From positions 1 through 48,535 of IMG/VR virus record IMGVR_UViG_3300020387_000002: DNA of 48,535 bases, one strand, 5' to 3'. This DNA is from a virus (taxonomy: Duplodnaviria > Caudoviricetes). Numbering within the stretch: position 1 is the first letter of the stretch; each line of letters starts with the position of its first letter. A program made the translations under genes and the position numbers. The notes below the pieces were generated by a model. The model was not told the DNA's origin and did not search any database. It saw only the letters and a program-made list of their open reading frames with translations. Below, piece after piece: positions 44,956 through 48,535 of the stretch.

Positions 44956-46277
44956 GTTGTTACAAGTGGGGACTCTGAGAAAGACGTAGTGTCGTTTGCA
45001 AACGAAAGGCTCACTTCTCCGCAAGCCCCGCTTCGGTTCTTGGCAACAATAGCACAGGCCTCGCTTGCGTTTTTGCTCATATCCCTATGAAGCAGTATTA
45101 CGCAATCAGCATCCTGCTCCAAGTCTCCAGATTCCTTTAGGCTCTCAAGATTTGGTTTGGGTATTTCCGTTGCTCCGCTGGAGCTATTGTATGCGTTCCC
45201 GGTTCTTCGGAGCTGGGCAAGAGCAACTACCGGGACGCCTAGCTCCTTGGAAAGGGCTTTAAGGGCTCCGCTAACCTCCCCAACCTCTTCGCGTTTAGAC
45301 ATTTTGCTCTTAGGCTCTACCCCTTTGATTAGTTGGATGTAGTCAACAATGATGCAGCCAACCCCGTCTTTTGACACCGCTTTTCGGGCTCGGGACCTTA
45401 ATAGATCAATATTTATCCTGTCTGTGTCGTCAATCCATACAGGCCAATCCTTCATTGTGGCAATCCCTTGTCTCAGGTCATTTAGCTCAGACTTCAAAAG
45501 GGCACCGCTTAGGGATTTGGTGGGGTTTACGCCTGACAAAGTTGCAAGAAGACGTTGTTTAAGCTGCAAGTCTGACATCTCACAGGAAAAGAAAATGGAC
45601 CCGACTCCTTGTCTCGCCAAGTTGACCACCATGTCCCCGGCTAGGGCGGTTTTGCCAACGCTTGGCCGGGCCCCCAGCAGGTATAGCTTGGACGCCTGAA
45701 GCCCGTCTATAAGGCCCTCCAGCTTGTGGAAGCCAAATGGAACGCCTTTGATTTGGTTGGGGTTTTGAGCCCTCCACGCGATATCCTCAACCAGCTCGCT
45801 TAGCTCACCGATGTGGCTAACTCCTCCGGAAAGCGACCTTCCTTGGAGAATGGCCCGAGATCGGCTTGTAGCGGCCTCTAGGGCCTCTATAGGTTCAAGG
45901 GCGGGTGAGCCCCCCTCCGTGGCATCTGAGAAGGCCTGTGAGGCCGCTGTGGCCACCTCCCTTCTGGCGGCGACCTCCCTTAGAGCCACGACTAACTTTC
46001 GAGAGCTTACTGGCGGGGTTATTGGGGCCAGCTTGCCAAACAGGTCCCTTTCTCGATCCGAACAGCCGTGGACCCGCAGGGCCTCGTCCGTCAAAGGCTC
46101 CCCTTGAGACGCTAGATCATACAGGGCCTCAGCAAGGCCTTTTCTTTCAGCCGTTAAGGAGTCTATGACATCGTGATCTTCAGCAAGTATTTTGGGGTTG
46201 TTGCAAACGTGGCTAATAAACCCCTCCTCGCTTTGCAGGTCATAAAGAGTTTCTCTGGTTTTTTGCGCTTTGCTCAT
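44952..46277 (-). CDS. dnaB: Replicative DNA helicase, DnaB family
   Basis: GARPSVGKT, FFSCEM, IIVDYIQL, VVALAQLRR, LKESGDLEQDAD, AKNRSG. Confidence 0.95.
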   Translation of the reverse strand: MSKAQKTRETLYDLQSEEGFISHVCNNPKILAEDHDVIDSLTAERKGLAEALYDLASQGEPLTDEALRVHGCSDRERDLFGKLAPITPPVSSRKLVVALREVAARREVATAASQAFSDATEGGSPALEPIEALEAATSRSRAILQGRSLSGGVSHIGELSELVEDIAWRAQNPNQIKGVPFGFHKLEGLIDGLQASKLYLLGARPSVGKTALAGDMVVNLARQGVGSIFFSCEMSDLQLKQRLLATLSGVNPTKSLSGALLKSELNDLRQGIATMKDWPVWIDDTDRINIDLLRSRARKAVSKDGVGCIIVDYIQLIKGVEPKSKMSKREEVGEVSGALKALSKELGVPVVALAQLRRTGNAYNSSSGATEIPKPNLESLKESGDLEQDADCVILLHRDMSKNASEACAIVAKNRSGACGEVSLSFANDTTSFSESPLVTT

Positions 46278-47335
46278 GGTGCTTCTTTTTGTTGCTTGCT
46301 GATTCTGTCCCGGGCCGACTGGGTGAGCCCGTCTCCTGTCGGAACCTTGCCCAGTGGGTCCGGGGGCAGCTTCTCCCTCCTAACCAGCTCCGACTCGATG
46401 TTGTAAATCCACGTTGCAACATCTTTGGCTGGGATGTTGTTCTCTTTGTAGAAGCTCTGAACCATCCCTGACGTATATGCCGCATGTCGTATTCTGTAAT
46501 AAGCAATCAGGCGCTCTTGCAGGGCGGCAACGCCTTCGTTTCTTATTCTCTCTACGCCGAAATGCTCCTGTAGCTCTTTCATACAGGAGACAAACTTCTC
46601 CCTAGTCCAAGAATCTGGACTTTCCGAAACCGCAACAAGCATTGCGTCCCGGGCGTTGTTGAATTGCAACTTCTTACCCGCGTCTTCGGGCTGGGCAAAA
46701 AGAGCGGCCTCAGACAAATATGTGGGAGGTATGGGCAACTGCCTGATGGGGGCGGGAATCTTTTGAACAACTATGGGCCACTTGGCCAATGTCTTCATGC
46801 TCCACTTGACCCCGTTCTCTCTTTTGAGAAGCCCAAGCTCCTCAATCGCCTCCTCAATGGACAGGTCCCTTGTGTCCCGGGCCATGTAGTCCAAGATGAT
46901 CTCCCCTATCCACAAAAGGATTTCCTTGTTCTGCCTGTGCTGGGCCTCATAAAGCCAAGCTAGGTTGTCGCAAACATTTTTGAGATCCGATTTTGCAATG
47001 TTGGCCCCAAGCTCTAGCTGACCAGTGCTTTCGTCTACAGCAGCTTTCGTTGATGCCTTAGAAACGTAGTCGTTCATTTGGCAAAAGAACTGTTGCAACC
47101 ACTCGGGTCGATTACTTGACAGGGTGGATTTCAGCCGGGCAACAGAGTGCGTTGAGCGGAGGTCTATAACGCTATCATCCGAATCGGCATCCCGGTTCAT
47201 GTAAAACTTCCCCTTCTCAAGGTCGAGGGCCAGAGGTTGGTCGTCTGGCGCGTTAGAGAGTTTGAAATATGTGTCCATTGTTTTCTTCGGGCTCCCCGGT
47301 GGCAGCAGAGGGATTGCCGCCACCGGGGTTACCAT
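46274..47335 (-). CDS. Hypothetical protein in the replication block
   Basis: 353-aa helical ORF coupled to dnaB by ATGA. Confidence 0.7.
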   Translation of the reverse strand: MVTPVAAIPLLPPGSPKKTMDTYFKLSNAPDDQPLALDLEKGKFYMNRDADSDDSVIDLRSTHSVARLKSTLSSNRPEWLQQFFCQMNDYVSKASTKAAVDESTGQLELGANIAKSDLKNVCDNLAWLYEAQHRQNKEILLWIGEIILDYMARDTRDLSIEEAIEELGLLKRENGVKWSMKTLAKWPIVVQKIPAPIRQLPIPPTYLSEAALFAQPEDAGKKLQFNNARDAMLVAVSESPDSWTREKFVSCMKELQEHFGVERIRNEGVAALQERLIAYYRIRHAAYTSGMVQSFYKENNIPAKDVATWIYNIESELVRREKLPPDPLGKVPTGDGLTQSARDRISKQQKEAP

Positions 47336-47348
47336 TGTCTGTTGCTAT

Positions 47349-48329
47349 TTATCCGTTGCGTCCCACCTGCTCGTTTACTTGCTCCCTCCAATACAGGGGG
47401 GCCCCAACGAAGAATTTCTCCACACAGGCTCCCATCTTCTCCTTGTGGTCATCATACACCGCATTCACAGCATCATCGTCTGCGTTGGCGCTAGACCTCA
47501 GCTCATCGTAAGCCGTGTCCCATAGGCCCCTTTCGTCCATAAGGCGATCAAGGTCCGCAAGAACCTCTTGGGCTTTGGGGCTCAGGCTTTCATCCTCTTC
47601 CAGCTTGGCGTGACCTTTCATGCAACGCTGGATAAGGGTTGCGTCATCCATTTCTGGAGACTCCTTTTTCTCCTCAGGAGGGGCCTTTGGCTTCTCGGCC
47701 TCCCTTATGGTGTAAAGTTCCAGTTTTGCATGCAGAAACAGATTTGTTGCAATAACCCTGTGGTTTTCCGGGGTCCGTAGCTCGGGTCTTTCTTTCAGCA
47801 ACTCATCTGCCCTGTCTAAGCAGATAGCAAACCCTCTGGCCGCAAGATCAATGCTGTCATCAAACGAGGTGCGGGTGCGCCCGGGGTTGGCCGGGGGATG
47901 GCTGGCTGCCTTAATTGCAACAGGCTTATCCTCCTCGCTGTTCGTCGCCCTCACCCCGGGATCTCCCCCCGGAGGGAGGACGCGCATGGTCGCCTCAGGA
48001 TAGACCTTTACCACTATAGTGGGGTATTGGCTCCCCTCTTTCTGCCACCTGTTCACCACAAGGCCGCGCTTCTCTCCCTTGTCGTTTGTCCCTGCGGTAA
48101 GCACAAGATCCTGACCCTCGATTGAGTCCAGAATGTGCATGGGGGCCTTCATCAGGGTCACCATCAGCTTGGTGCCGTCTCCGTCACTCAGCAAAATGGA
48201 CTGCCTGTGCTGCTGCCACTTGAGGTCGTTGTCGGTTTGATCGACGGGTGGATACTGCTTTTCGACGGTCCCCCTAAGGGAGTCAATGGCAGTCTTGTCT
48301 GTGCTTTCTTTGATGTCTGCTAGGTTCAT
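47349..48329 (-). CDS. Putative OB-fold ssDNA-binding protein
   Basis: ATG at 48329; LRGTVEK...QSILLSDGDGTKLMVTL resembles RPA/SSB OB-fold strands. Confidence 0.55.
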   Translation of the reverse strand: MNLADIKESTDKTAIDSLRGTVEKQYPPVDQTDNDLKWQQHRQSILLSDGDGTKLMVTLMKAPMHILDSIEGQDLVLTAGTNDKGEKRGLVVNRWQKEGSQYPTIVVKVYPEATMRVLPPGGDPGVRATNSEEDKPVAIKAASHPPANPGRTRTSFDDSIDLAARGFAICLDRADELLKERPELRTPENHRVIATNLFLHAKLELYTIREAEKPKAPPEEKKESPEMDDATLIQRCMKGHAKLEEDESLSPKAQEVLADLDRLMDERGLWDTAYDELRSSANADDDAVNAVYDDHKEKMGACVEKFFVGAPLYWREQVNEQVGRNG

Positions 48330-48535
48330 GCTTCTGGCTTGTTGGTGGTTTCTGTGAGTGGGTCGTAGTTTTTCATCCAAGTCCAAACCTTGTGGAGGCA
48401 GGTAAACGCTTCCCACGCCTTGTCCACATCATCCTTGTGATGGATAACAAGCTCGGAGGACCACACCCCGCCTTCCCCCGCGTTGGGAGAGGTGTTGAGT
48501 AACAGGTTTGCAACGGGGACCTTGGAGGTGTTCCA
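48326..48535 (-). CDS. Partial CDS (3' end), probable PD-(D/E)XK exonuclease
   Basis: Open frame from the window edge: ...VANLLLNT...DDVDKAWEAFTCLHKVWTWMKNYDP...*, with ATGA overlap with the next gene. Family inferred from the C-terminal helix only. Confidence 0.45.
   Translation of the reverse strand, partial: WNTSKVPVANLLLNTSPNAGEGGVWSSELVIHHKDDVDKAWEAFTCLHKVWTWMKNYDPLTETTNKPEA

Noticed and set aside
1-48535. Integrase, att sites or host genes (prophage boundaries)
   Set aside because: None recognised; lifestyle and host cannot be determined from this window.

Overview
A 48.5-kb segment of an uncultured tailed phage, probably a podovirus: no tape measure, tail tube or sheath gene is visible. 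From left to right it contains: (1) a ~1.5-kb GC-rich, largely non-coding region with hairpins and two short-repeat clusters, a candidate genome end, pac site or early leader; (2) a leftward block of small genes including an XRE regulator and a TerS-like protein; (3) a rightward 5,704-aa polyvalent, probably ejected, virion protein; (4) portal, an inverted two-gene cassette, scaffold, N4-gp56-like major capsid protein, two adaptor-like genes, tail fibre, u-spanin-like lipoprotein, head spike base and fibre, membrane-anchored endolysin, metallophosphoesterase, TM-PAS protein, TerL, a small zincin and small basic/HNH proteins; (5) a convergent replication block with RusA-like, LexA-DBD, DnaB, OB-fold and partial nuclease genes. 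Two signals stand out. First, the giant protein reads as a cassette of enzymes (zincin peptidase, HhH-glycosylase-like, kinase, ADP-ribosyltransferase, GNAT, acidic DNA-mimic-like, GHKL ATPase plus a second HExxH) separated by a recurring P-T-[FML]-Q-x-x-P linker, which suggests a self-processed polyprotein. Second, the palindrome TTGCAA occurs about 124 times by manual count against about 12 expected by chance, in all reading frames and at promoter/terminator junctions. All family assignments come from motif recognition by eye, not database searches.
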